Positions 10,106-20,167 of a DNA stretch of 64,000 nucleotides are shown piece by piece. The position numbers and the translations under genes were made by a program. Origin of the DNA: Gemmatimonadota bacterium (GTDB taxonomy: Bacteria > Gemmatimonadota > Gemmatimonadetes > Palauibacterales > Palauibacteraceae); assembly GCA_965116475.1 (NCBI GenBank), contig OZ220691.1, positions 2,240,001 through 2,304,000 on the forward strand. The letters are read 5' to 3'. Numbering within the stretch: position 1 is the first letter of the stretch; each line of letters begins with the position of its first letter. The notes under the pieces are model-generated. The model worked only from the letters and a program-made list of their open reading frames with translations, was not told the origin of the DNA and ran no database searches.

Positions 10106-11512
10106 GTGAGTACCACGAGCCGCACGCTGAGGTTTCGCGCAATCCTGGGCCCCGGAGGCCTCGAGCGGGACCGGTCGATCGAGATCGCTCCGGACGGGAC
10201 GATCCGTGCGATCCGGGCGGTTCGCGCCGGCGACGCGCCCTGCGACGGAGGCCTCGCGGTCCCCGGCATGCCGAACGCGCATTCGCACATCTTCCAGCAC
10301 GCGCTGGCCGGTTTCGGCGAAGAGGCGCGAGGGGACGACTCCTTCTGGAGCTGGCGCCGGGCCATGTACCGGCTGGCCGCCGCCATCACCCCGGAGCAGT
10401 TGTTCGCCGTCGCCCGCCACGGGTACGCCCGCATGCTGCGCGCCGGCTTCACGCACGTGGTGGAGTTCCACTACCTGCACCACGGGCCGGACGGCGCGCG
10501 CGGGCCCGAAACGACCCAGGCTGTGCTCGCGGCGGCCGCGGACGTCGGCCTTCCGATCAGCCTCCTGCCCGTCTACTACCGGACCGGCGGCTTCGACGGG
10601 GCCGCGCCTCACGCGGGTCAGCGGCGCTTCGCCCACGACTCGGTGGACGAGTTCATGGCCACGGTCGAGGCAATGGTCCCGGCGGTGGCCGGCGTGGCGC
10701 CGCACTCTCTCCGCGCCGTGCCCGCGCCCGACCTCGCGGCACTCGTCGCGGGGGTGGATGCGACGCTGGGCCGCGAGGCGCCGCTCCACATCCACGTCAG
10801 CGAGCAGGAACTCGAGGTCGAGGAATGTCTCGCGGCGCGGGGCCGCACGCCGATCGATCTCCTCGCCGACACCGTCGAACTGGGTCCGCGCTGGAGTCTC
10901 GTGCATGCGACGCACGCTACGGAGGCGGAACGCTCACGGCTCCGGAGCGCGGGGGCGCGGGTCGTCCTGTGTCCGATCACGGAAGCCCACCTGGGGGATG
11001 GGATCTTCCCCGCCCGAGAGCACTTTCGCGCCGGTGGGGCGGCCGCCATGGGCTCCGACGCGAACGTCCGCATTTCCCCCATCGAGGAGGCGCGGCAACT
11101 CGAATACGGGCAGCGCCTGCGGGATCGGCGCAGGGCCCGCCTGGCGACCGCAGCGGGCGCCGGCTCCGTCATCTGGTCGTGGCTGGCGGAGGGTGGCGGC
11201 GCGGCGGCGGCGACCTGGCCTGCCCCGGCGGACACGGCTGCCCCGGAGCCCCGGCTGGGGCGAATCGAACCCGGCTACCGGGCTGACCTCGTCGTCCTGA
11301 ACCGGGAGGGCCCGCACACGCTGGGGCACGATTGGGATACCCTCATGGATGCGTGGCTGGTGGCAGGCGACGAGCGCGACATCGAGGCCGTCTACGTCGG
11401 AGGGGAACGACGCGTCGAGCGCGGATCGGTCGAGGGCGGATCGCCGGCGGGCGAGGCCCGGATCCGATCCGGTTTCGGAAGGGCGATGCGCGAGATCCGG
11501 CGGGCGATCTGA
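10106..11512 (+). CDS. hutF: Formimidoylglutamate deiminase
   Basis: PNAHSHIFQ, SFWSWRRAMY, EFHYLHH, APHSLRAV, HIHVSEQ..EVEEC, CPITEAHLGDG. Confidence 0.88.
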   Translation: MSTTSRTLRFRAILGPGGLERDRSIEIAPDGTIRAIRAVRAGDAPCDGGLAVPGMPNAHSHIFQHALAGFGEEARGDDSFWSWRRAMYRLAAAITPEQLFAVARHGYARMLRAGFTHVVEFHYLHHGPDGARGPETTQAVLAAAADVGLPISLLPVYYRTGGFDGAAPHAGQRRFAHDSVDEFMATVEAMVPAVAGVAPHSLRAVPAPDLAALVAGVDATLGREAPLHIHVSEQELEVEECLAARGRTPIDLLADTVELGPRWSLVHATHATEAERSRLRSAGARVVLCPITEAHLGDGIFPAREHFRAGGAAAMGSDANVRISPIEEARQLEYGQRLRDRRRARLATAAGAGSVIWSWLAEGGGAAAATWPAPADTAAPEPRLGRIEPGYRADLVVLNREGPHTLGHDWDTLMDAWLVAGDERDIEAVYVGGERRVERGSVEGGSPAGEARIRSGFGRAMREIRRAI

Positions 11513-11546
11513 CCCCGGCTTCGCGCCCGGGCCGCCCGCCCGCGAT

Positions 11547-12581
11547 TCAGGCGGCCGCCGGCTCCAACTCCATCGACCACTCGCCGCGCGTCGCGAGACC
11601 GTTCATGCGCGCGCGGTGCGCAAACGCCGCCTGCGCGGCCGACCCGTTCTCCGCGGCTCCGCCCCACGCCTGCAGCGGCGCGGCCTGCAGGGCCCGGCCG
11701 TAGGAAAAGCTCAGGTTCCACGGCGCATCGAACCCCGCGTTCATCGCGTTCAGGTGGGCGGTGGCCTCGATGTCCGACTGCCCGCCCGACAGAAAGACGA
11801 TGCTCGGAACCGATGAGGGAACCGCGCGCTTCAGGCAGCGAACCGTCTTCTCGGCCACCTCGTCGACCCCGGCCCGGTCCGCGCACAGCTTGCCCGACAG
11901 CACCATGTTGGGCTTCAGGACCGAGCCTTCCAGGAGCACGCGCTGGTGGAAGAGGGCCATGTACACCTGCTTGAGCGTGGCTTCGGTCGCCTCGAAGCAG
12001 CGGTCGATGTCGTGGTCGCCGTCCATCAGCACCTCCGGCTCCACGATCGGCACGAGTCCCTGCTCCTGGCTGAGCGCCGCCATGCGGGCGAGCGCGTGCG
12101 CGTTCGCCCCGATGCAGTAGGCGCTCGGGATGGAGCGGTCGCCGCCCCGTCCGATGTCGATCACGGCGCGCCACTTCGTGAAGCGAGCCCCGAGTTCGTA
12201 GTACTCCGCCAGCCGCTCGCGCAGCCCGTCGAGTCCTTCGGTCACCTTCTCGCCCGGTGCTCCCGCGAGGGCGTGCGCCCCCCTGTCGATCTTGATGCCC
12301 GGGATCGATCCCGCATCGGAGAGCAGCTGGACGAGCGGCGTCCCGTCGGCCGCCGACTGCCGCAGCGTCTCGTCGAACAGGATGACGCCCGAGATGCACT
12401 CGCTCAGCGCGTCGCTCGTCCGGAAGAGCAGCTCGCGGTAGTCGCGCCGGTTCTCCTCGGTCGATTCGACGCCGATGCCGTCGAACCTCTTCCGGATCGT
12501 GCCGGAACTCTCATCGGCCGCGAGGATTCCCTTGCCCTTGGCCCCCATGTCCGCCGCCACCTGGACGAGCTGCTGCTTCAT
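11547..12581 (-). CDS. Fructose-bisphosphate aldolase class I (eukaryote-type)
   Basis: GKGILAADES, KWRAV, PIVEPEVLMDG, LKPNMV (Schiff-base Lys), FLSGGQS, SFSYGRALQ. Confidence 0.95.
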   Translation of the reverse strand: MKQQLVQVAADMGAKGKGILAADESSGTIRKRFDGIGVESTEENRRDYRELLFRTSDALSECISGVILFDETLRQSAADGTPLVQLLSDAGSIPGIKIDRGAHALAGAPGEKVTEGLDGLRERLAEYYELGARFTKWRAVIDIGRGGDRSIPSAYCIGANAHALARMAALSQEQGLVPIVEPEVLMDGDHDIDRCFEATEATLKQVYMALFHQRVLLEGSVLKPNMVLSGKLCADRAGVDEVAEKTVRCLKRAVPSSVPSIVFLSGGQSDIEATAHLNAMNAGFDAPWNLSFSYGRALQAAPLQAWGGAAENGSAAQAAFAHRARMNGLATRGEWSMELEPAAA

Positions 12582-12659
12582 AACGGTTCCTCCGCCCTCA
12601 TTCCGGGCCGGATTTCAGTGTTGGACGCGATCCACGTGTCGGATACTCCGGGGCATGAG

Positions 12660-12696
12660 GAGGGGCGTCAACGGGGTTCCCCCCGCGACGCCCCTC
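12660..12696. terminator. Inverted repeat GAGGGGCGTC/GACGCCCCTC, possible terminator
   Basis: 10-bp perfect arms downstream of the 12725-13156 gene; no clear U-tract. Confidence 0.4.
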
Positions 12697-12724
12697 GGAC
12701 GCCGAAACGGAACAGGGCTGCGGA

Positions 12725-13156
12725 TCAGGTCGGATCCACGGGATCGTCCTCGAGCGTCCAGACCACCGGCGTGACCGGCGTGGCGGACTGGTTGAAGATG
12801 AACTTCTCGAACGCGGGACCCGGCTCGGTCGTTTCCAGGTGTACCGCCCGGAAGTCATAGCAGCCGGCCTCGACCGTGAAGTCCCGCTGGCCGCCGGGCT
12901 GGATCGTCCCCTCGATGGGATGGTCCGTGCCGAAGAGATCCTGGCCCCAGTCGGATGTCCCGCACGGCCGCGCGAAGAAGAAGATCACGGGGCCGAGCAG
13001 CCGGTTGACCACGCGCACCGTGGATGGACTTTCGAACGTGGGTTCCGGAACTACGGGGTCGCTGTCACCGCAGGCCGCGATGGCCAGCCCGATCGCCACG
13101 ATGGCGACAATGGCATAACGCTTCTGTTTCACGCACCACATCTTGCATTCCTCCAT
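12725..13156 (-). CDS. Hypothetical lipoprotein
   Basis: Lipobox IAAC; VVNRL...PCGTSDWGQDL...GCYDFRAV. Confidence 0.65.
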   Translation of the reverse strand: MEECKMWCVKQKRYAIVAIVAIGLAIAACGDSDPVVPEPTFESPSTVRVVNRLLGPVIFFFARPCGTSDWGQDLFGTDHPIEGTIQPGGQRDFTVEAGCYDFRAVHLETTEPGPAFEKFIFNQSATPVTPVVWTLEDDPVDPT

Positions 13157-13366
13157 GGCCGTCGTGCCGGGGGGCGCGGCGACTGCCGGGTCTGCGCGCG
13201 ATCCGCACCTGCATTCGGCCGAATTAAATACCTCTGGGAAAGATACATCGGAGCGGGATACCGTCCACCCGACACGTAGCGTCTACACGTAGCGTCTCAT
13301 TCGTGCTGCACCGATCTTACATGAGACAACGTCCGAACCCCCTCTTGAGCGACACGGCCCGGCGAC

Positions 13367-14791
13367 GTGAGCGACGTGAACGACAGGCCTTCCGTCTGGT
13401 TCCATACCTTCGGGTGCAAGGCGAACCAGTACGATACGGAACGAATCCGCCAGGAGCTGGAGCTCCGCGGCGCGGAGACCGCGCTCGACGCGGACGCGGC
13501 CGACATCGCCGTGATCAACACGTGCACCGTGACGAACCAGGCGGACGCGAACGCGAGGCGACTCGTGCGCCGGCTGCGCCGCCAGCGTCCGGATCTCCGC
13601 ATCGTCGTCGCCGGCTGTTCAACCTCCTTCCGTGAAGCCGAGTACCGCGCGCTGGACGAGGTGGATGGCGTCGTGCCCGGACACGACCCGTCCGCCGTCG
13701 CGCAATTGTTGCCGCAACTGGTGCCGCAGCCGTTGCCGCAACTGTTGCCGCAACCGGGAGACTCCGCCGAGGCCGGTCCGGTCACCGCGGGCGCTTCGGA
13801 CGGTTCGCACGGGTCGTTGGCCCCGTTGCGGCGGAATGCGCGCGGCACCCGGGCGTGGCTCAAGATCCAGGACGGGTGCGACCGGAAGTGTTCGTTCTGC
13901 GCGACCCGGATCGCGCGGGGCGCCTCGGTCTCGCGTCCCGTCGACGAAGTCGTGGAGGAAGCCGCCATCCTCGCGCGCGCGCACCCGGAACTTGTGATCA
14001 CCGGGATCCACATCGGCCATTACGGGAAGGACCTCGGCGCGGCACCCGGGCGCGATGGCTCCCGCGGCCCCCGCGCGCCCGCCAGCCTCGCGACGCTGTG
14101 CGAACGGTTGCTCGAGGAAGTCCCCGCCCGCATCCGCCTCACTTCCATCGAGGCGACGGAGATCGACGACCGGCTCGTGGACCTGCTCGCGGCAGCGGAC
14201 GGACAACTGGCGCCCCACCTGCACGTGCCGATGCAGAGCGGGTCCGACCGGGTGCTTCGCCTCATGCGCCGCTGGCACACGCGGGAAGCGTATCGGGCCC
14301 GCGTGCTCGCGATCGCCGAGCGCCTGGCCGCGGTCGATTCCGGCATGGTCGATTCCGGCGCGTTCGGTCTCGGCGCGGACATCATCGTCGGGTTCCCGGG
14401 AGAGGGGGAGGAGGAGTTCGAGGAGACGCGGGCGCTGGTGGAGGAGTTGCCCTACACCTACCTGCACGTGTTCCCCTATTCGGTGCGGGACGGAACCGTG
14501 GCGGCGAGCCTCCCGGACCGTATACCCGGCGACGTGGCGGCCGCCCGCTCGCGCACGCTGCGGGACATCGGCCTCCGCAAGGGCCAGGCCTATTCCGAGA
14601 CGCGCGCGGGCACCGTGGCCGACATCGTCGTGGAGGGCCGGGACGACCGCGTCGCCGGCGTGACGGGCGACTACCTGCGGGTCGAACTGCTCGGCCGCGC
14701 GACCCCCGGCGACCGCTTCCGCGCGCGCCTGCAGACGCGCGGCGGGCGGCTGGCCGCCGAGGCGCCGGCCACAGTACCCGCCGCCGTCTGA
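13367..14791 (+). CDS. mtaB: tRNA t6A37 methylthiotransferase (radical SAM, MiaB/RimO/MtaB family)
   Basis: TFGCKANQYD, INTCTVT, GC, KIQDGCDRKCSFC, LHVFPYS.R.GT. Confidence 0.9.
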   Translation: MSDVNDRPSVWFHTFGCKANQYDTERIRQELELRGAETALDADAADIAVINTCTVTNQADANARRLVRRLRRQRPDLRIVVAGCSTSFREAEYRALDEVDGVVPGHDPSAVAQLLPQLVPQPLPQLLPQPGDSAEAGPVTAGASDGSHGSLAPLRRNARGTRAWLKIQDGCDRKCSFCATRIARGASVSRPVDEVVEEAAILARAHPELVITGIHIGHYGKDLGAAPGRDGSRGPRAPASLATLCERLLEEVPARIRLTSIEATEIDDRLVDLLAAADGQLAPHLHVPMQSGSDRVLRLMRRWHTREAYRARVLAIAERLAAVDSGMVDSGAFGLGADIIVGFPGEGEEEFEETRALVEELPYTYLHVFPYSVRDGTVAASLPDRIPGDVAAARSRTLRDIGLRKGQAYSETRAGTVADIVVEGRDDRVAGVTGDYLRVELLGRATPGDRFRARLQTRGGRLAAEAPATVPAAV

Positions 14792-14801
14792 GACCTGCGC
14801 C

Positions 14802-15692
14802 TCAGCGCTCCGAGCTTCCGGCCTCCGAGCTTCCGGCCTCCGAGCTTCCGCCGGGGATCGTGCGCGGGCTCACGAGCGACTCGCCACCGTCGACGACGAT
14901 CACGGAGCCCGTGATCCAGTCTCCGGCCGGCGAGCACAGGAAGGCGATCATCTGCCCGATATCGTGCGGGTGCCCCAGCCGGCCGGCGGGGATGAAGCGC
15001 TCCGCGAACCCGGCGCCGGAGCGCGCGCCGAACATGTCGACTTCCTCGCTCGGGGGCGCCTCGAACGCCTTCTTCACGCCCTCGGTCGGGATCGGGCCCG
15101 GCGCAATGGAGTTCACGTTGATCCCGTCCCGCGCCCACTCGATGGCGAGCGTGCGGGTGAGGGCATCGACCCCGGCCTTGGCCGCCGTCGCGTGGGCCAT
15201 GAGCGGCCAGCCCCGGTGGTACAGTGTCATCGAGATCGACACGATGCGCCCGTACCCCTGCTCGGCCATGACGGGGTAGACCGCGCGGCAGGCGTGGAAG
15301 GTGCCGAAAAGGTCGATCTCCACCACGGCGCGCCAGCCGTTCGGCGACAGGTCCGCCGTCGGCGCGTAGAAGTTGCCCGCCGCGTTGTTCACGAGGATGT
15401 CGATGGACCCGAGCGCGTCCCGCGTCTCGCGCACCGCGGCTTCGAGCGCCGCCGGTTCGCGCACGTCCCCGACCGTCGGGAGCGTCCGCACTCCGTGGGC
15501 CGAGGCGAGGCGCTCCGCCGCCCGCGCGACACGCTCCTCGTTGCGGCTGAACACGGCCACGGAGGCGCCGGCCGCCGCGAGGCACTCCGCGATCCCGTAC
15601 CCGATGCCGCTCCCGCCGCCCGTGATGAGCGCGGTGCGGCCGGCGAGGACATCCGGCGCGAAGAGCGCACCGACTCCCGGTTGCTCGTCCAT
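14802..15692 (-). CDS. SDR oxidoreductase, 2,4-dienoyl-CoA reductase-like
   Basis: TGGGSGIG, NNAAGNF, LSPNGW..V, H..AAKAGV, IAPGPI. Confidence 0.85.
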   Translation of the reverse strand: MDEQPGVGALFAPDVLAGRTALITGGGSGIGYGIAECLAAAGASVAVFSRNEERVARAAERLASAHGVRTLPTVGDVREPAALEAAVRETRDALGSIDILVNNAAGNFYAPTADLSPNGWRAVVEIDLFGTFHACRAVYPVMAEQGYGRIVSISMTLYHRGWPLMAHATAAKAGVDALTRTLAIEWARDGINVNSIAPGPIPTEGVKKAFEAPPSEEVDMFGARSGAGFAERFIPAGRLGHPHDIGQMIAFLCSPAGDWITGSVIVVDGGESLVSPRTIPGGSSEAGSSEAGSSER

Positions 15693-15702
15693 TCGCTCGC
15701 TC

Positions 15703-16629
15703 CTAGCGGAACATGCTGCGGGCGACGAACCACACGTTCGCGGGCCGCTCGGCGAGCCGACGCATGTACCACGGGAACCACGCCCCCCCGTAGCTGATCA
15801 GCACCCGCAGCGGGGTCCCGTTGCCCACGAGCCTCCTCTGATCCCGCCGTCCGATGCCGTACAGCATTTCGATCTCGAACCGGCTGCCGTCCAGACCCGC
15901 CGCAGCGGCGTCCGCGGAGAGCGGTTCGATCATCGCCGGGTCGTGCGTCCCGAGCCCGAGGAATCCATCCCCTCCGTTCCCGAGGTGGTCGATGAGACGC
16001 CGCGACAGGGCGAGGTAGCTCTCGTCCACGTCCCGCTTGTCCGGAAAGGCGATCTCGGCCGGCTCCGCGTACGCCCCCTTTACGAGCCGGATGCGGGGGC
16101 CGAATTCCATGAGCGATTCGAGGTCGTCCGCGGTCCGCCGGAGGTAGGACTGGATGCAGAGTCCGACGTTCATGTGCCGACGCCGGACCGCACGGTAGAG
16201 GGAGAGGGTCGCCTCCGTGTAGAACGACCCCTCCATGTCGATCCAGAGCGTGCCGCGACCCTCGGCGCGGGCCGCGAGTTCCGCCACGTTGTCGGCCGCG
16301 AGTTCCGGGTCCTGGTCGAGTCCGAGGTGGGTGGGCTTGATCGAAACCTCCAGGTCGAGCCCCATCTCGTCCGCCAGGTCCATCGCCCGCATGTACTCGG
16401 CGACGGATTCGCGGGTCTCGTCCGCGGTCTCGACGTTCTCGCCCAGCGTGGTGACGAGCGTGGGGACGCCCTCCTCCCGCAGACGGGCGGCCTCGCCGAG
16501 TGCGTCCTCCAGCGTCTCGCCCGGCATGAACCTGCGGACCGCGCGCCGCACGAAACGACGCTGCGGCAGGCGCTGCGAGAGCCACCGGTTCGTGGAAGCC
16601 CACAGCAGCGCTTTCCGCATCGTCTCCAT
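15703..16629 (-). CDS. Monofunctional proline dehydrogenase
   Basis: RFMPGE, SIKPT, IDME, QSYLRR, RLVKGAY, THD, EMLYGI, YMRRLAERPAN. Confidence 0.92.
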   Translation of the reverse strand: METMRKALLWASTNRWLSQRLPQRRFVRRAVRRFMPGETLEDALGEAARLREEGVPTLVTTLGENVETADETRESVAEYMRAMDLADEMGLDLEVSIKPTHLGLDQDPELAADNVAELAARAEGRGTLWIDMEGSFYTEATLSLYRAVRRRHMNVGLCIQSYLRRTADDLESLMEFGPRIRLVKGAYAEPAEIAFPDKRDVDESYLALSRRLIDHLGNGGDGFLGLGTHDPAMIEPLSADAAAAGLDGSRFEIEMLYGIGRRDQRRLVGNGTPLRVLISYGGAWFPWYMRRLAERPANVWFVARSMFR

Positions 16630-16650
16630 ACGCCGGCCAGCCCGGCCCAG

Positions 16651-17241
16651 CTAGCTCCGCAACCCGGACTCGCCCGAGTCGGAGACGTCGAACCCGATCC
16701 ACATCCCCGTGACCGCGTGGGCCGGGACGGGGCACACGAGCGCGTATTCGCCGGCCGTGGAAGCCGTGAAGCTGATGCTCTCCGTGCCGCCGCCGGGGGC
16801 CGTGGACTCCGTCATCGACGTCGCGTTCGAGGTGATCGCGCCATCGAATACGGGCGTGGCGTCATCGAAGATCGCGGGATAGCTCGCCGCCAGCTCGAGG
16901 ACGCCGACGCTGTGAGGGTTGACCGGGTCCCGGTTCTCGAAGTTGAGCGTGACGGTGTATCCCGCCGGCACGACCACCGTGGCCTCGCCGTTGGCGTAGC
17001 CGTTGAAGTTCCAGCGGTTGTTCGCATCGGTCGAGCCCGCGACGAGATCGATCGTCACGGTGCGCGCGCCGTCGTCCACCGAGATCCAGTCCGCGGCCAC
17101 GGGCCCCGAAGCCGCCGCGGCCGCCTCCGTGGCCGGCGCAGGGGCGGGGGCCGGGGCCGGCGACGGCTGGTCGCTCTCGCCGCCGCCGCAACCGAAGAGG
17201 ACGAACGCGCCCAGGGCCGGTACTGCCGATCGCTTCATCAT
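16651..17241 (-). CDS. Sulfocyanin-like blue copper lipoprotein
   Basis: Lipobox LFGC, Pro/Ala linker, NFNGY, Cu ligands PHS and CPVPAHAVTGM. Confidence 0.8.
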   Translation of the reverse strand: MMKRSAVPALGAFVLFGCGGGESDQPSPAPAPAPAPATEAAAAASGPVAADWISVDDGARTVTIDLVAGSTDANNRWNFNGYANGEATVVVPAGYTVTLNFENRDPVNPHSVGVLELAASYPAIFDDATPVFDGAITSNATSMTESTAPGGGTESISFTASTAGEYALVCPVPAHAVTGMWIGFDVSDSGESGLRS

Positions 17242-17609
17242 TCTATTTCCACTCCAGAGTTTCATCCGGAAGTTTCATCCGTAATGAGGTTCGCAAGACA
17301 TGCGTCGAAGGTGCTCCCCCGGTCCGCCGCGTTGCTGCCGCGCCGGTGCCGGGCGGAGCGCCCGGAATATACAGGATCTCGATCCCCCGGCTACGGCGGC
17401 GCGCGCCGGAAAGCGGGCCCGAAAGCGCCCGGAAACTGGCGCGAGCCGCGGATGCGCCCCATACTAAGCCATTCAGGCGATATCCGGGGGGATCCCCGTT
17501 CGATGGTCGCCACGACCCTTGCGCCCGGCCAGACTTCCGCAGGCGCGAGATCCGTTCTCCGACCGACAATCCCCGTTTCCCGACGCGGTCGATTCAAAGA
17601 GTTGGTGCA

Positions 17610-19009
17610 TTGACGAACAACACATCACAGCCCCGCGGCGGCTCCTCGCGCGGGGGCGGCCGCCAGCCCGGCGGCAAGGGGCAGCCCAGGGGCGGGTCCC
17701 AGGGGTCCAAGGGTTCTCAGGGGTCCAAGGGGTCCAAGGGGTCGGCGGACGCGGCGGAAAGGGCCGGAACCGGCGCCGCCGTTCGCGCGGACGCCGCAAA
17801 CGGAAGGGACAGGGTCCGCCGCCGCAGCGCTCCGGCCAGCAGGGTGCGGCCGCCGAAGTGCCCGAAGGTCCGAAGGACGGCTACCTCGGACTCATCGAGC
17901 GGCTCGGCAACGGCACGGGGTTCATCCGCCGCCGGCACGCCGGGTACACGCCGAGCGACGACGACATCTACGTGAGCCCGAAGATCGTCTCCCGCTACGA
18001 TCTGCGGACGGGAGACGAGATCTGCGGCCAGGCCGGCCGCCCTCCCCGCCCGGGCAAGAGCCCCCCGCTCCGGTATCTCCACACCGTCAACGGCCACCCG
18101 CCGGAGCAACTCGGACGGCGCCGGCAGTTCGACCGCCTGAGCGCGATGCACCCCGACCGGCGCCTGCGGCTGGAGTGCGGGCTCGAGCGCCGCGGGCAGC
18201 CCGACTACACGAACCGGATCATCGATCTCATCTGCCCCATGGGGATGGGTCAGCGGTCGCTCATCGTCGCGCCCGCCAAGGCCGGAAAGACGATGGTCCT
18301 GCAGGCGATCGCCGAGGGCATCTCGAAGAACCACCCCGATTCCAGGATCCTCATCCTCCTCGTCGACGAGCGTCCGGAGGAAGTGACGGAGATGGAGGCG
18401 ACCGGACTCGGCGAGGTCACCGCGTCGAGCTTCGACCACCGGGCCGAACGGCATGTGCAGGTCGCCGAGATCACGCTCGAGCGCGCGCGGCGTCTCGCGG
18501 AGATGGGGCAGGACGTCGTCCTCATCCTCGATTCCATCACGCGGCTGGCGCGGGCGTACAACACGACGGAGGAGGGGAGCGGGCGCACGCTCACGGGCGG
18601 CATCGACGCGAACTCCCTCGAGAAGCCGAAGCGCTTCTTCGGCAGCGCGCGCTGCGTCCCGGAAAGCAAGGGCGGCGGATCGCTCACGATCGTCGCCACG
18701 GCCCTCGTCGACACCGGCTCCCGCATGGACCAGGTGATCTTCGAGGAGTTCAAGGGGACGGGGAACAGCGAACTCGTCCTCGACCGGGATATTTCCGACC
18801 GCCGGATCTTCCCGGCGATCGATCTCAACTCCAGCGCCACGCGGCGCGAGGAACGCCTGATGAGCGACGACGAACTCCTCGTCGCGCAGGCGATGCGGCG
18901 CGAACTCAGCACCTATCCGGCCGTCGAGGCCATGCAGGAAGTACTCGGCCTCATGCGGCAGACCGACTCGAACGAGGAACTCGTCTCGAAGCTGCGCCAG
19001 CGGATCTAG
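17610..19009 (+). CDS. rho: Transcription termination factor Rho; start uncertain, apparent frameshift near 17742
   Basis: DIYVSP RNA-binding fold, APAKAGKT, LVDERPEEVTEM, DSITRLARAYN, FEEFKGTGNSE. Confidence 0.9.
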
Positions 19010-19012
19010 CAG

Positions 19013-19831
19013 CTAGCGGCCCGCGTCCGACTCCGCCTTCGCCTCCCCGCGCTCACGGGTGCGCTTCTCCTCTCGGCGGGCGAAGTTCAGCACCTCGTAC
19101 GCCACCGCGAGGATGAGGCCGAGTTCGCGCCGGTCGAGGTCCGCGCGCTGAAAGATGTTCCGGAAGCTCCGCATCTTCGGCGCCGGATCGATGCCGTGGA
19201 AGAGGCCGACCTCCTCCATCGCCCGCTCCCAGATGTCGAAGAACTCCTCCAGTTCGCCGTGCAGGGCCGGCGGGGTCCGGCGCCGCCGCTTGCCCTCCAG
19301 GTCGCGCGCCTCCCAGTCGGCCGGGCCCAGCGCCGCCTTCCGCAGTTCGTACAGGATGATGACGGCCGCGTGGGCGAGGTTCATCGACGTGTGGTCGGGG
19401 TTCGTGGGGATGCACACGAGTCCGTGGCAGAGGTCGAGCGCCTCGTTGGAGAGGCCCCGGTCCTCGCGGCCGAACACGAGGGCGAGCCGCCCCTCGCGCC
19501 CGCCGGCCCGACCGGCCAATGCCGCCGCGGCGCTCTCGGGACTCCACCACTCGTGGCGGGTGGAACGGCGGCGGGCGGTCGCGCCGAGCACGTAGCTCGC
19601 GTCGGCGAGGGCGGCCGGGAGGTCGTCGAAGACGCGGATGCGCTCCACCACATCCTCGGTGTCGTGCGCGATCCCGGTGATGCGCCAGGCATCGAACTCG
19701 GCGGGGTTCACGAGCCGAAGGCGTGACAGGCCCATGTTCTTCATCGCCCGAATCACGAGTGCGATGTTGACGACATCCTGCGGCTCGTGGAGGACGATGC
19801 ATGTCCGGTCGAGTGCGCAGCCCTCTGTCAC
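19013..19831 (-). CDS. SPOUT RNA methyltransferase, TrmJ/TrmH family
   Basis: NIALVIRAMKNMG, VFGREDRGLSNE, SMNLAHA; GTGA overlap with upstream gene. Confidence 0.85.
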   Translation of the reverse strand: MTEGCALDRTCIVLHEPQDVVNIALVIRAMKNMGLSRLRLVNPAEFDAWRITGIAHDTEDVVERIRVFDDLPAALADASYVLGATARRRSTRHEWWSPESAAAALAGRAGGREGRLALVFGREDRGLSNEALDLCHGLVCIPTNPDHTSMNLAHAAVIILYELRKAALGPADWEARDLEGKRRRRTPPALHGELEEFFDIWERAMEEVGLFHGIDPAPKMRSFRNIFQRADLDRRELGLILAVAYEVLNFARREEKRTRERGEAKAESDAGR

Positions 19832-20067
19832 GCCCGGGTCAGGCCCTCCGCGCGCGAGCCCTTCCACTTGCGGCCGCGGCGCGGGCGGAGCGCGGGATAG
19901 CCCGTCTCGCCGCAGCCGGGGCACGTCTCGGTGTAGGCCCCGATCGCGTCGCCGCACACCGCGCAGTGCACGCCTGTCTCATCGGGCGCGAACGACAGCG
20001 GCTCGCCACACTTCTGACACGTCTGATCGGACCGCCCCACGGGCTCATCGCACGCCGGGCAGTCCAT
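19828..20067 (-). CDS. Small double zinc-ribbon protein
   Basis: Four CxxC pairs (CPAC, CQKC, CAVC, CPGC) and a basic tail. Confidence 0.75.
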   Translation of the reverse strand: MDCPACDEPVGRSDQTCQKCGEPLSFAPDETGVHCAVCGDAIGAYTETCPGCGETGYPALRPRRGRKWKGSRAEGLTRA

Positions 20068-20167
20068 CCGGGTGTCGTTGCGCTGGTCGCCGATCGGATC
20101 CTCCTCGTCGCGCGTCCTGTCCGGAGCACCGCGAGCCGGGTGACGGTAGTTTCAGCGGGACACGGCC

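Noticed and set aside
11547..12581. Eukaryote-type aldolase as a recent host-derived transfer
   Set aside because: This class is known in many bacteria, and the codon style matches neighbouring genes.
17395..17445. Three GAAA-containing units upstream of rho as an ncRNA
   Set aside because: No recognisable family; fits the local microduplication pattern equally well.
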